A stretch of 64,000 nucleotides of DNA from Rhodothermales bacterium (GTDB lineage: Bacteria; Bacteroidota; Rhodothermia; Rhodothermales; VXPQ01). The position numbers and the translations under genes are program-made. The notes beneath the pieces are model-generated. The model did not search any database and was not told where the DNA came from. It saw only the letters and a list, made by a program, of their open reading frames with translations. Below are positions 37,345-46,484 of this stretch, in pieces (within the stretch, counting starts at the first letter, position 1; each line of letters starts with the position of its first letter). Location: the NCBI GenBank assembly GCA_022821845.1, contig JAJECT010000034.1, positions 3,038 to 67,037 of the forward strand. The letters run 5' to 3'.

Positions 37345-37620
37345 GATGTCGGCGCGTTGTGTTTTCTTGCTACCTGCGCACAAAAGCAAAATGACTGTTT
37401 TCCCTGCGCGAGCGAAGTATACGCGATATCCGGGGCCATAATGGATACGCAGTTCCCGTATTGTCCCGCCTACTGCTATGCAGTCGCCGAAATTGCCTTC
37501 CGCAAGACGGTCAAGCCGCGTTGCAATTCGCTCTCTGGCTCTCGGGTCCCGAAGATCATCCAGCCACCGCTGCACCGGATCGCGTGCATTTTCCGTAGTG
37601 TAATGCTGGATATCGAACAT
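37270..37620 (-). CDS. RelE/ParE-superfamily addiction-module killer toxin
   Basis: YTTENARDPVQRWLDDLRDPRARERIATRLDRLAEGNFGDCIAVGGTIRELRIHYGPGYRVYF matches the killer-protein family that precedes HigA-like antidotes. Confidence 0.85.
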   Translation of the reverse strand: MFDIQHYTTENARDPVQRWLDDLRDPRARERIATRLDRLAEGNFGDCIAVGGTIRELRIHYGPGYRVYFARAGKTVILLLCAGSKKTQRADIATAKKRLRDWKARHGKTRHNTAKS

Positions 37621-37773
37621 CCGCTATCCTTTCCTGAAACACGCCCGGGCCGCTCTGGATCCGGGGAAATGTTCCGTCCGTGCATAAAAAACTGTCCTCC
37701 TTTAGACAAAGAAACCTGGCGAATATAACCTCGCGCCCCGCCGTTTTTTTCGGAGCGCTTCCCCCCGCCGCCC

Positions 37774-39246
37774 CTAAAAATACTTTTGCACCACTTCTTC
37801 GGGCTGCCATTGGTCCGGCTTGCGGACGATCTCCGAATAATCGAACTCCATGGACACGTGCGTTTCGGAGGTCAGAGGGTGCGGGTCGCCCGCCTCCTCT
37901 TGCGCGGACCGCAGAAGCGTCATCAGGCGTTCCTGCTCCTCGGCGTACGCCGGATCGTCCGCAAGATTCCGCAACTCCCAGGGGTCCGCCTCCAGGTCGA
38001 AAAGCTGCGTGTAGTGGATTTTGGGATACCGGATGAGTTTCCACCGATCCTCCACTATTGACCGATGCAGGTCTTCGTAGGCCAGGAAAAGGCGCTCCCG
38101 GAAGGCCGAACGCTCCCCCTTCCACAGCGCGGACAAATCCTGCGCGTCCACATCGGCGGGCGCCTCGACCCCGGCCAGGCCCAGCACGGTGGCGAACAGA
38201 TCGTGCAAATACACGAGGGCGTGGGTTTCCCCCTGCGGAATGCCCGGCCCCTGCACGACGAGCGGCGTTTTGGCGCTATGTTCGTACAGATTCTGCTTGC
38301 CGAGCAGGCCATGCCGCCCCACGGCCAGTCCATGATCGGACGCAAACACGACAATGGTGTTTTCGGCCAGGCCCTGCACATCGAGTGCGTCCAGAATCCG
38401 CCCGATTTCCTCGTCCATGTGCGTAATAAGCCCGTAGTATTCGGCCAACTGGTCGCGGATGACGTTCGCGCGGCGCGGCCAGGCGGCAAGGATTTCGTCC
38501 CGGACCGTCATGCGCCCGTTGTCGAACGGATGCACGGGCAAATAATTGGGAGGCAGGGGCATGCCCGATCCGGCGTAGTCCGCCGCATGGCTGGCCGGAG
38601 GCGTCCGGGGATCGTGGGGCACGGTGAAGGACACATAGGCCAGAAAAGGGGCCGCCCGATCCGATGCGCCGTAGTCCTCAAGGAAATCCACCGCCGCATC
38701 CGCGAACAGGGTCGTGGAAAAACCCTTCATGACAGGTTCCGAAAACGTCCCGTCCGCCTGCAAATCCTGTAGCCGGATGCTGAAATGATTGGCCATTCCC
38801 CCGATGAACACGGCGCTGCCCTCTCCGAAACTGCGCGCGAAAGACGAGCGGCTCTGGTGCCATTTGCCCGTGCCGAAGGTCCGGTAGTCCGCCTCCCGAA
38901 GGATTTCCGGGAACGTGCGCACGGAATCCAGATTGTCGTACACGCGGAACAGGGTGCGTCCGCTCATCATCATGGCCCGGCTGGGCGCGCAGACGGCCCC
39001 ATGGTGGGCGCCCATGTTGTAGGTTCGCCGGAAGGAGTACCCGTCCTCCACGAGACGGTCCAGGTTCGGCGTACGAATATAGCCGTTGCCGTACGCGCCG
39101 ATGGCGTCGGCTTGCAGATCGTCGGCCAGAAGGAACAGGATATTCGGGGCGGAACCGTCCGAATCGGTATCGGAATCCACCGAACAGGATGCCGCGAAGG
39201 CGGCGAGGAATGCGAAAACGCCAAGGCGCAGGAAAAAAGGGTGCAT
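37774..39246 (-). CDS. Sulfatase (Cys-type), lipoprotein
   Basis: PNILFLLADD, the CAPSRAMMMSG formylglycine motif, and lipobox AASC. Confidence 0.9.
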   Translation of the reverse strand: MHPFFLRLGVFAFLAAFAASCSVDSDTDSDGSAPNILFLLADDLQADAIGAYGNGYIRTPNLDRLVEDGYSFRRTYNMGAHHGAVCAPSRAMMMSGRTLFRVYDNLDSVRTFPEILREADYRTFGTGKWHQSRSSFARSFGEGSAVFIGGMANHFSIRLQDLQADGTFSEPVMKGFSTTLFADAAVDFLEDYGASDRAAPFLAYVSFTVPHDPRTPPASHAADYAGSGMPLPPNYLPVHPFDNGRMTVRDEILAAWPRRANVIRDQLAEYYGLITHMDEEIGRILDALDVQGLAENTIVVFASDHGLAVGRHGLLGKQNLYEHSAKTPLVVQGPGIPQGETHALVYLHDLFATVLGLAGVEAPADVDAQDLSALWKGERSAFRERLFLAYEDLHRSIVEDRWKLIRYPKIHYTQLFDLEADPWELRNLADDPAYAEEQERLMTLLRSAQEEAGDPHPLTSETHVSMEFDYSEIVRKPDQWQPEEVVQKYF

Positions 39247-39365
39247 GGTGCGATGCGGTCAGGTCTGGAAAGGGGGGCAATGCGTGTCAGAGAGGGAGGA
39301 CATGACAAAATATCATTTTCGGGAAAATTCCTGGACGAAAACCGGGTCGGCGGGCGTTTTCACGG

Positions 39366-40379
39366 TCATTTCTTCGTAATAAGACCAGCGGCGGCCCGTC
39401 CCCGCGCCGTGAGGCGGTATTTCTGATTTCTTGCCGTGGGCGCGTCGGGATGGGTCATTTCCACCAGTCCGGCGTCCAGCGCGGGCCAAATGTAGTTGTT
39501 GCGAAACGTCGGCCGGTGGGAGAGGCCAAGCGCCCCCATGAGTGCGCGCGCGGACCTGGGACCGCCTTGCAACCCTTCGATTAGACGCGCTACTTGGTCG
39601 GTTGCATGATCGCTTTCTTGGTCGGTCTCCCCGCAATCCAGCACCGCCTCAAGAATAGCCTCCAGCATATAGACGATAAACGGGGTGCTTTCCCCTTTCG
39701 AAGAACTTTCCCGAATGGCCTCATAGTACGCGCTTTGCCGCGCATAAACGAGGCTTTCCACCGGCACGTCGGCGAACAGGGACTTCCAGCGCGTCAGGAT
39801 CAGCGTTTGCCACAGCCTGCCCATGCGCCCGTTGCCGTCCTCGAAAGGATGAATAAACTCGAATTCGTAGTGGAATACCGAACTGGCGATCAAGGGATGT
39901 TCGTCGGCGCTGTCCAGCCAGGCAAGGAGATTCGACATGAGGCCTGGTACGAGGTGGGTGGGCGGCGCGATATGCTGCACTTTGCCGCCGCCGAATACCC
40001 CCACGCCGCGGCGCCGGTACTGTCCGGGGGCGTCGAGCAGCGCCGTCATGAGCATCCGGTGCGCCGTGAGCAAGTCGTCCTCGCTTGCGGGGTTCCACTG
40101 CGGGAACTGGTCGTAGACCTTGATGGCGTTGCGCGCTTCCTGGACTTCCCGCAAGGGCGCGATGACCGGCTTGCCGTCGAGAATGGTCGAAATCTCGTCC
40201 TAGCTGAGCGTATTCCCTTCGATCGCCAGCGAGCCCTGGATGGCGCGGATGCGGTTGATCCGCCGCAGACGCAAACTCATCGGCTGCGCGACGGCCTCCG
40301 CGCGGCCGATGGCTTCGCCGATCTGCGCGACCAGGTCGAGAATGGCGGGGATGATGGCGTATGGCGGCGCGGTACTCAT
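39366..40379 (-). pseudogene. Fic-domain protein interrupted by one in-frame TAG (40200-40202)
   Basis: ORFs 40200..40424 and 39366..40154 are in the same frame. The read-through gives ...SLAIEGNTLS*DEISTILDGKPV..., then the Fic motif HPFEDGNGRMGR and a C-terminal wHTH. Confidence 0.8.
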
Positions 40380-40398
40380 GAACGTGGCAGACAGACGA

Positions 40399-41646
40399 TC
40401 AGAAGATGTCCTCTCGCCCTTCATGCGGGGACGGCTTCGCCCAGATGGTCAGGCGCAGTTCCTCGCCGAATAGTTCGTATTCGGGTCGTCGCCCGGAATG
40501 CGCTTCGCTGGCTTCAAGTATGCCGCGTACGCCCTCGCCCCTTGATTCCAGAAATGCGCGTCCAGTGTGGCGGCTCTTCATTCGGGACAGGAAATTCACC
40601 AGGAGTTGATTCCGGGTGAAAACGCGGTATGGCATTGTTTTGATCGAAAGCGTATTGGGCAACGATCCTGGACTGTATATCTCCATCCTGTCCGCGAAGA
40701 GAAATAGTCTGATCTTTCCGCCGGAAATCGAGTAATCGCGGTGAGCGACGGCATTCACAATGGCTTCGTGTACGGCGTTCGGCACGTACTGGGGATGATC
40801 CTCGCGTCCGGCGTTCTTGCGTGCAGGCCTCAGCATGAATCGATCAACAAACTCGGCAGCGTCATCAATCTGTTCATTTGCCGGACCCCTGATCGACTCG
40901 GCGTGCACCAGGTCGTCGGACGTAAGGCGTGTTCCGCGGTATACTGCCGCCTCCACGAACGCCGAGGGCAAGTGCTTGTCCGGCGTTGCGCCGAATGCCA
41001 ATAGTCCGGCAACAGTAGGTTGTGCGACGTTGTTATCGCTTGTTTCTACGACACGCGTATTTCGCAGGAGATCAAGCCACGGTATCAGGGTGGGGCCGTT
41101 CGCGAAAAATTCCTTCAGGCGGCGGTCGTCAAGATCGTCAACCGTTGCCGTGGGAACGCGTTTCTCATCGAAAACGAATGTTCGTCCGCGCTCTTGAAAG
41201 AGGCGAGCCAGAGCGGCGCCTTTAAGCAATTGTTTCGTCGCGCCAACCCGGATGTAGTGACGTCCGCTACTTGTGCCATGAACGTACAGTCCGCGCTTTA
41301 CTTCCACCAGGATTACGAGGCGTTCCGAATTGCCTGGGTCGGCCAGTCGCTCCTTGCGGAGAATCGGGTGAATAGGAGGATCGCAATTGTTGTTGGCGAT
41401 GTTGATGGCCCAAGACTCCACCACGTTCGCACGGTCCGGCGGAATGCCGCGCACAACGCCGTCATCGTCCACGCCTAAAAAAATCACTCCCCCCTCGGCG
41501 TTGGCGAACGCGACCATTTCGCTTGCCATTTCCTCGGTGTTTGGAGAACGAACGCCGTGAGTGCGCAAATCGACCTGCTTAAACTCAGCCCTTGCATCCT
41601 CCAGGGCCTCTAACTGTCGTCTAATTTCGTCTAAAGTGTCGAACAT
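40399..41646 (-). CDS. AlbA_2 (Schlafen-like) DNA-binding domain plus HATPase_c_4-type protein
   Basis: N-terminal EDARAEFKQ...MVAFANAEGGVIFLGVDDDG pattern and C-terminal EAIVNAVAHRDYS. It lies 16 nt after the upstream ATPase gene. Confidence 0.8.
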   Translation of the reverse strand: MFDTLDEIRRQLEALEDARAEFKQVDLRTHGVRSPNTEEMASEMVAFANAEGGVIFLGVDDDGVVRGIPPDRANVVESWAINIANNNCDPPIHPILRKERLADPGNSERLVILVEVKRGLYVHGTSSGRHYIRVGATKQLLKGAALARLFQERGRTFVFDEKRVPTATVDDLDDRRLKEFFANGPTLIPWLDLLRNTRVVETSDNNVAQPTVAGLLAFGATPDKHLPSAFVEAAVYRGTRLTSDDLVHAESIRGPANEQIDDAAEFVDRFMLRPARKNAGREDHPQYVPNAVHEAIVNAVAHRDYSISGGKIRLFLFADRMEIYSPGSLPNTLSIKTMPYRVFTRNQLLVNFLSRMKSRHTGRAFLESRGEGVRGILEASEAHSGRRPEYELFGEELRLTIWAKPSPHEGREDIF

Positions 41647-41662
41647 GTGCGCAGGGCTTGTT

Positions 41663-44600
41663 TCAGTAACCGTAGCGTTCCCGTCTAAGCCGAAATGCCT
41701 CGGCGCTTCCTTCCATGATTCTGCTGACGTGGTTCTTCACGTCCGGGCGGTCGATGCTACCGGCGCTAATGACCTTGCCTAACCGATTTTTCGCTCCGAG
41801 CGCCACAATCAGCTCGGCATCCCCGTTCACGGGAATATTGGCGTTGTGGGTGACGATAATGACCTGCCGGGAAAATTTGCGTCTTCGCAGCAAGTCTACA
41901 ACCACATTGTAGACGTACTGGTTGTCCAGGTCGTCTTCCGGTTGGTCGATGATAATCGGCTGGTCGCCGGCGGATAGAAGCAGGCTCAGGATCGCAGTAC
42001 TTTTCTGTCCAATGGACCCGGTCTCAATTGTCTTGAAAGCGCCATCGTCCGTCCTGACCTGCGCTTCAATGCGATCCTCTGGAAGAAAACGTTCTATTTC
42101 GTCGATCCTGATGCGTTCCCGTCGTTCAAGGGCATTGAGAAAGTTTTTGGTCAATTGTGCATTCGGACCAACAAGGGCGACAACCTTTGATGCGGATGCT
42201 TCAATAGCGGCGCCCTTGTCGGTTGTAGCCCCCAAATCTTCGCGGATCGCCTTTGCAAGGTCTGCAATACGGTCAGGCACGACGCCATTCGGTGCGAAGA
42301 CGTGCTCGCAAAGCGCCGTCCAGTCGCGTTCTTGTACTCCCGCGCCGCCGAACCAATGCTCGCGACGCGACTCGAAGTCCCCCCGATCCCGAAATGCATA
42401 AACCTCCAGGCGGACGTCGGCATCCATATCTTCGAGCGCCTTCGCCTGTTCCAGGCGTGCCGCCAAACGCGCTTTATGCGTTTCGACAAGTCGTAAACGC
42501 GTCTCGCCAAGATTACGTTCAATGTCGCTGAGTTCCTGATCAGTTTTCTGGAGCGTTTCCAATTCGCGCTCCAGTTGCGCCCTGCGCTGAAGCAGCTTCT
42601 CGTGCTGGGCGAAGTCTACGCCTCGTTCAACCATCTCTTGTCGTAGCGCATCGTATTCAGCGTGCGATTTGTCGTAATCCGCCTGCCACTTTTCGGCTGT
42701 TTCCTGTTTGATTGCGGTGGCCAGGGCTCGCAAGGAATTCGCTTCTTCTCGCAATGCCGCCGCAGCGCCGTTGCATGCGGTTGCCACGCGGCCGGCTACC
42801 GAATCAAGCCAGGTTGTCGTTGGGGTCGATTTTGGAACCCCGCGAGCACCCGAGTCGTCCTGTTCAACCACACCGGCCTCCTCATCAAGTCGGGCAGCGA
42901 TTTCGTTCAAGTCTTTCTGGATACTTTCCAACCAGCGGCGCTCTCGCTCGAAGGCGTCGAATCGTTGCAATACTTCCTTGCGCCCTTCGCTTTCAAGAAA
43001 GCCGATCTGGTCGCATATCTTTTTTAGTTCGGTCTTGATGGAGGGGTATTTCCGACGTTGCTCCTCAAGCCGCGAACGCGTTGTCTGAAACTGTGCGAGC
43101 TTCTCTCCGTGCGACCGGCGCAGGTTCTCGATCTTGCGCAGACGGTCGGGGTCGATCAGGGCATCGAGTTCGGTACGCTGCGATGCGGGATTGCGGGCGA
43201 TACGCGCTATCTGGCGCTGCGAAAGAATGCGCGGCACGATAAGACTGCGCACGTCCAACGCTGCCGGCGCGGCGTTGGGTTGGTTTGCGTCCGGGATGAC
43301 CGTAAGACCGTTCGCTGATCGGCGAACAAGGTAATGGCGCTCGGCCACCACCAGGTCGATATCCATTTCGTAATCGGGGAGCAGCGTACCCCTGGAGTCT
43401 CCGAAGTCGCGTTCTTTCTTCGACAAGAGCAGGGGGTGCACCTGATCGCGGATATCACTGGTCTCGTGGTTGCGCAGGTCTTCGCTGCGAGCGCGATCCA
43501 GTGTGTGGCGCAGGTATTCGACAACAGTAGACTTTCCCGAGCCGCGACCGCCGATAAGCGTCGTAAGGCATGCGTTGAAAGGCACGTCGATATCCTCAAA
43601 GAAGTCCGTGCATCGGACACGCAAGCGCTTGATTCTGGTATAATGTTGTCCCGGGGGGCCTTCCGTCATGCGGCGCAGCCGGGATTGCGGGTCAAGCAGG
43701 GCGAGCCGGATCCCCTCTACGTCCGGGACTTCCATCTTGAGCCAACTGTAGCGACTGCCGATGGCCTCATAATTGTGCGGGTCCGAGCCCTCAACGAGTG
43801 GCCAATGGCCCTGATTCCGTACCCCTTGCCGACGAGACGTTGGCAACTTGTCCCAATCTTCGCCCTGTTTCGCAACCGTCCATTGGCACAGGAGGTCCTG
43901 AAAAGCCTGTGGTAATCTTTCGAAAGGCCGGGTCGTTTCAAAACCGTTCCATTCCGTGCGCGCAACCGCCCACTGCCTCAGGTGTCCCTTCATTTCGTCC
44001 CAAAGGTTGGCGGCAACACCAGACTTGTCAGCTCCGGTTTCTTTGGCGACTCCGCGATTACCGTCAGCATGGGCCGGCAGCAGCACGAAACTCAGGTTCC
44101 GCTTGCCCGTCGCAGGTTTTGCGTACTCGTAGAGCTTTTTAAGAAAATCATTGAGCGATTCGCCCGTTGCAAGGGGTGTTCCTGTCGTTGAATTGAAGCA
44201 TTCTCGCGCCTGAAAAACATGGCGGATAACCCCTTCTATATCGGCGGGCTCGGTATCGGATGCAAAGATGACAAGGAAGTGGATGGGGCGCTCCCCCCCG
44301 ACGCTAAACTCTACCGCGGGCAAGATCGCAGGCATAGCCTTGCCTTCGTTCTTCGCGCGCGTCTCGATTTTCTGAAACAGCGGTTTGAGCTGTTTGAAGC
44401 CTTCAATGCTGTTATGGTCCGCGAGCGCGACGAGGTCCATACCGTTCCCGTCATCGGCCGATTGGCAGGCCCCGACGAAACGTTCGGCAATCTCTTCAAG
44501 GCGCGTGGAGTCGCCCTGCGTCAGGGCAGCAATAGCTCCGCGTATATCCCCTCCGAATCTCTTTTCGCCATCGAAAGGAGTGTGTACGTGCAGATCGCAA

Positions 44601-44731
44601 CGCAACCAACGGGCGCCGGGTTCGACATGCGTTGTAGTCAATTCAGTTATCTCGCTGTAAGTGTCAAAAATAGTGGCGTACAAGGCGCTATACCGGATTG
44701 CAGGGCGCTCTGCGCTTGGTATCCACACCAT
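41663..44731 (-). CDS. PHP phosphoesterase fused to an SMC/Rad50-like ABC ATPase with coiled-coil insert (Ppl-like)
   Basis: PHP motifs CDLHVHTPFD and ADHNSIEG. Walker A GGRGSGKST. A long E/R/L/Q-rich coiled-coil segment. SIGQKSTAILSLLL, Walker B PIIIDQPEDDLD, and VTHNANI. Confidence 0.8.
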   Translation of the reverse strand: MVWIPSAERPAIRYSALYATIFDTYSEITELTTTHVEPGARWLRCDLHVHTPFDGEKRFGGDIRGAIAALTQGDSTRLEEIAERFVGACQSADDGNGMDLVALADHNSIEGFKQLKPLFQKIETRAKNEGKAMPAILPAVEFSVGGERPIHFLVIFASDTEPADIEGVIRHVFQARECFNSTTGTPLATGESLNDFLKKLYEYAKPATGKRNLSFVLLPAHADGNRGVAKETGADKSGVAANLWDEMKGHLRQWAVARTEWNGFETTRPFERLPQAFQDLLCQWTVAKQGEDWDKLPTSRRQGVRNQGHWPLVEGSDPHNYEAIGSRYSWLKMEVPDVEGIRLALLDPQSRLRRMTEGPPGQHYTRIKRLRVRCTDFFEDIDVPFNACLTTLIGGRGSGKSTVVEYLRHTLDRARSEDLRNHETSDIRDQVHPLLLSKKERDFGDSRGTLLPDYEMDIDLVVAERHYLVRRSANGLTVIPDANQPNAAPAALDVRSLIVPRILSQRQIARIARNPASQRTELDALIDPDRLRKIENLRRSHGEKLAQFQTTRSRLEEQRRKYPSIKTELKKICDQIGFLESEGRKEVLQRFDAFERERRWLESIQKDLNEIAARLDEEAGVVEQDDSGARGVPKSTPTTTWLDSVAGRVATACNGAAAALREEANSLRALATAIKQETAEKWQADYDKSHAEYDALRQEMVERGVDFAQHEKLLQRRAQLERELETLQKTDQELSDIERNLGETRLRLVETHKARLAARLEQAKALEDMDADVRLEVYAFRDRGDFESRREHWFGGAGVQERDWTALCEHVFAPNGVVPDRIADLAKAIREDLGATTDKGAAIEASASKVVALVGPNAQLTKNFLNALERRERIRIDEIERFLPEDRIEAQVRTDDGAFKTIETGSIGQKSTAILSLLLSAGDQPIIIDQPEDDLDNQYVYNVVVDLLRRRKFSRQVIIVTHNANIPVNGDAELIVALGAKNRLGKVISAGSIDRPDVKNHVSRIMEGSAEAFRLRRERYGY

Positions 44732-44873
44732 AGAGTACAGTTTTGCGCCAGCGCCACGGCATGCCTTGCGTCGAATTGCAGCGCTGCCCTTATCGTCATC
44801 ACGCCATCAACTCTTCAAAGTTCCTGCAATTTGGGTAGCCAGACACGCTGTATCAAGCAAGCGCCCCCGCAAT

Positions 44874-46484
44874 CTACCGCACCTCGATATGCCCGGTGAT
44901 TCGGCCCAGCAGTTTGGCGGCGTACCAGCCGGTTCGTTGCTGGAGCGTGGCCATGTCGTCGGGACCGGCGAGCCGCAGGCACGTCTCCCCAAGCCGGTCG
45001 GCGGCGAAAACGTCCCCTTCGTAGGGATTGAACGCAATCCAGTAGAGCACCTGGATCAATTCGTCCTCGGGATAGGCATTCGCCAGATGCTCGAACACGG
45101 CGTGCGGCGCCCACCGCTCGATCCCGCTCATCTGGTACATATCCGGCACCGCCGCCACGAACAACACGTTGCGCGCCCGTTGCACCGGATCCGCCGTCCA
45201 GGCGGGCGGCCATACTTCGAGGTCGTCCAGAAGGCACTGGATAATCGCCTCGATATCGGGATACACCGGTTCGTCCAGCGCGGCCACGGGCGCCTCCAGG
45301 CCCTCGTCGTAGGGCAGCGCGTCGAACCGGATGTCGCGGTCGATATCCTCCATGGTCACTTCTTCCCAGGAATCCGGGTAGTCGATAATGGGGAACGGCG
45401 GAGGCGGCGCGGCGGCTTGCTCCCCGGAGGCGGCGTCCGCAGGTTCTTCGGACGTTGCGGCAGCGGCGGCGGGCGCATCCGGCGCATCGAACGGCTCCGG
45501 CGACGCCTGCGCGGAATCCGCTTCGCTTACGGCGAGCGCAACCGAATCCGGCGGGGTTCCGTATGCGTTAATGGGTTTTTCCGTTTTTGCAAAATCCGCG
45601 CTGTCTGCGGCGGCGGAGCGCAGCGTTTCGGTCAGCGACGTTGCGCTGTCGGCGGGCAAGCGTCCGCCAGGCAGGGCGCGCCCCGTCGTTTCCGCCAGCG
45701 TGCCCGCCAGCATCCAGCCCGCCAGCGCGGCGATCGCCCATGCCTTGCCGCGCGGCGCGCCGGCGCGTTCCCGCGTATCCCATCGAAACATTTTGGCCGC
45801 CGCAAGGCACCCTGCCGCCCCGGTCAGCGACAGGGCCAGCAGCGGGAAGCCCGCCTCGCCCAGCCCGCCTCCGTTCACCGTAGCCTGCATCGCCTCCACC
45901 GCATAGCGTCCGGGAAAAAAGGCGGACAGATGCTGCGCCCAGACGGGCAGGCTTTCGATGCGGACCGCCACGCCCCCAATGATCAGCATGGGCAGGAAAA
46001 TGGACTGCCCAAGGGCCTGCACGGCGGGCACCGTGTCTGCAAGCATGGCGATGACCAGGCCCAGCCCGACAAAGGCGAAGGCCACGAACGTGAAACTGGC
46101 CCACAGCCCGGCGATATGATCGGGAAACGGCATGCCGACCAGCATGGCCAGCGTAACCTGAAGCGCCGCGGCGGTAAGCAGCGCCAGATACCGGGCTGTC
46201 GCCGTCGTCAGCACGAGGCGCAGGGTGGAGACGGGCGTCGCCCGGTACCGCCGCCAGACGCCGCGCTCCCGTTCGCCCACCATGGACGTCGGCAGGCCAA
46301 AACAGGCGCCGCCGAGGGCCGTCACGGTAAGCAATTCTCCCATGTGATCGACCAGCGGCACGGGTTCATGCCGGTAGAGCACAAGGAAGGCGACAAGAAA
46401 AATCAGCGGGAAAAGATAGCCGTAGACGAGGGCCATCCTGTTCCGGTAATAGAGCCGCAGTTCGATGAGCAAGGCGTACGTCAT
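44874..46484 (-). CDS. ABC-2 type permease fused to an Ala/Pro-rich linker and an unknown ~190-aa C-terminal domain
   Basis: Six hydrophobic helices run from MTYALLIELRLYY. The start overlaps the ATPase stop (ATGA). The C-terminal region IIDYPDSWEEV...YWIAFNPYEGD has no domain I recognise. Confidence 0.8.
   Translation of the reverse strand: MTYALLIELRLYYRNRMALVYGYLFPLIFLVAFLVLYRHEPVPLVDHMGELLTVTALGGACFGLPTSMVGERERGVWRRYRATPVSTLRLVLTTATARYLALLTAAALQVTLAMLVGMPFPDHIAGLWASFTFVAFAFVGLGLVIAMLADTVPAVQALGQSIFLPMLIIGGVAVRIESLPVWAQHLSAFFPGRYAVEAMQATVNGGGLGEAGFPLLALSLTGAAGCLAAAKMFRWDTRERAGAPRGKAWAIAALAGWMLAGTLAETTGRALPGGRLPADSATSLTETLRSAAADSADFAKTEKPINAYGTPPDSVALAVSEADSAQASPEPFDAPDAPAAAAATSEEPADAASGEQAAAPPPPFPIIDYPDSWEEVTMEDIDRDIRFDALPYDEGLEAPVAALDEPVYPDIEAIIQCLLDDLEVWPPAWTADPVQRARNVLFVAAVPDMYQMSGIERWAPHAVFEHLANAYPEDELIQVLYWIAFNPYEGDVFAADRLGETCLRLAGPDDMATLQQRTGWYAAKLLGRITGHIEVR

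Noticed and set aside
40200-40202. The in-frame TAG in the Fic gene as programmed recoding (pyrrolysine or suppression)
   Set aside because: No pyl genes or suppressor tRNA are visible in the window. The TAG lies in a conserved helix where homologs carry an ordinary residue. A nonsense mutation or sequencing error is the simpler explanation.
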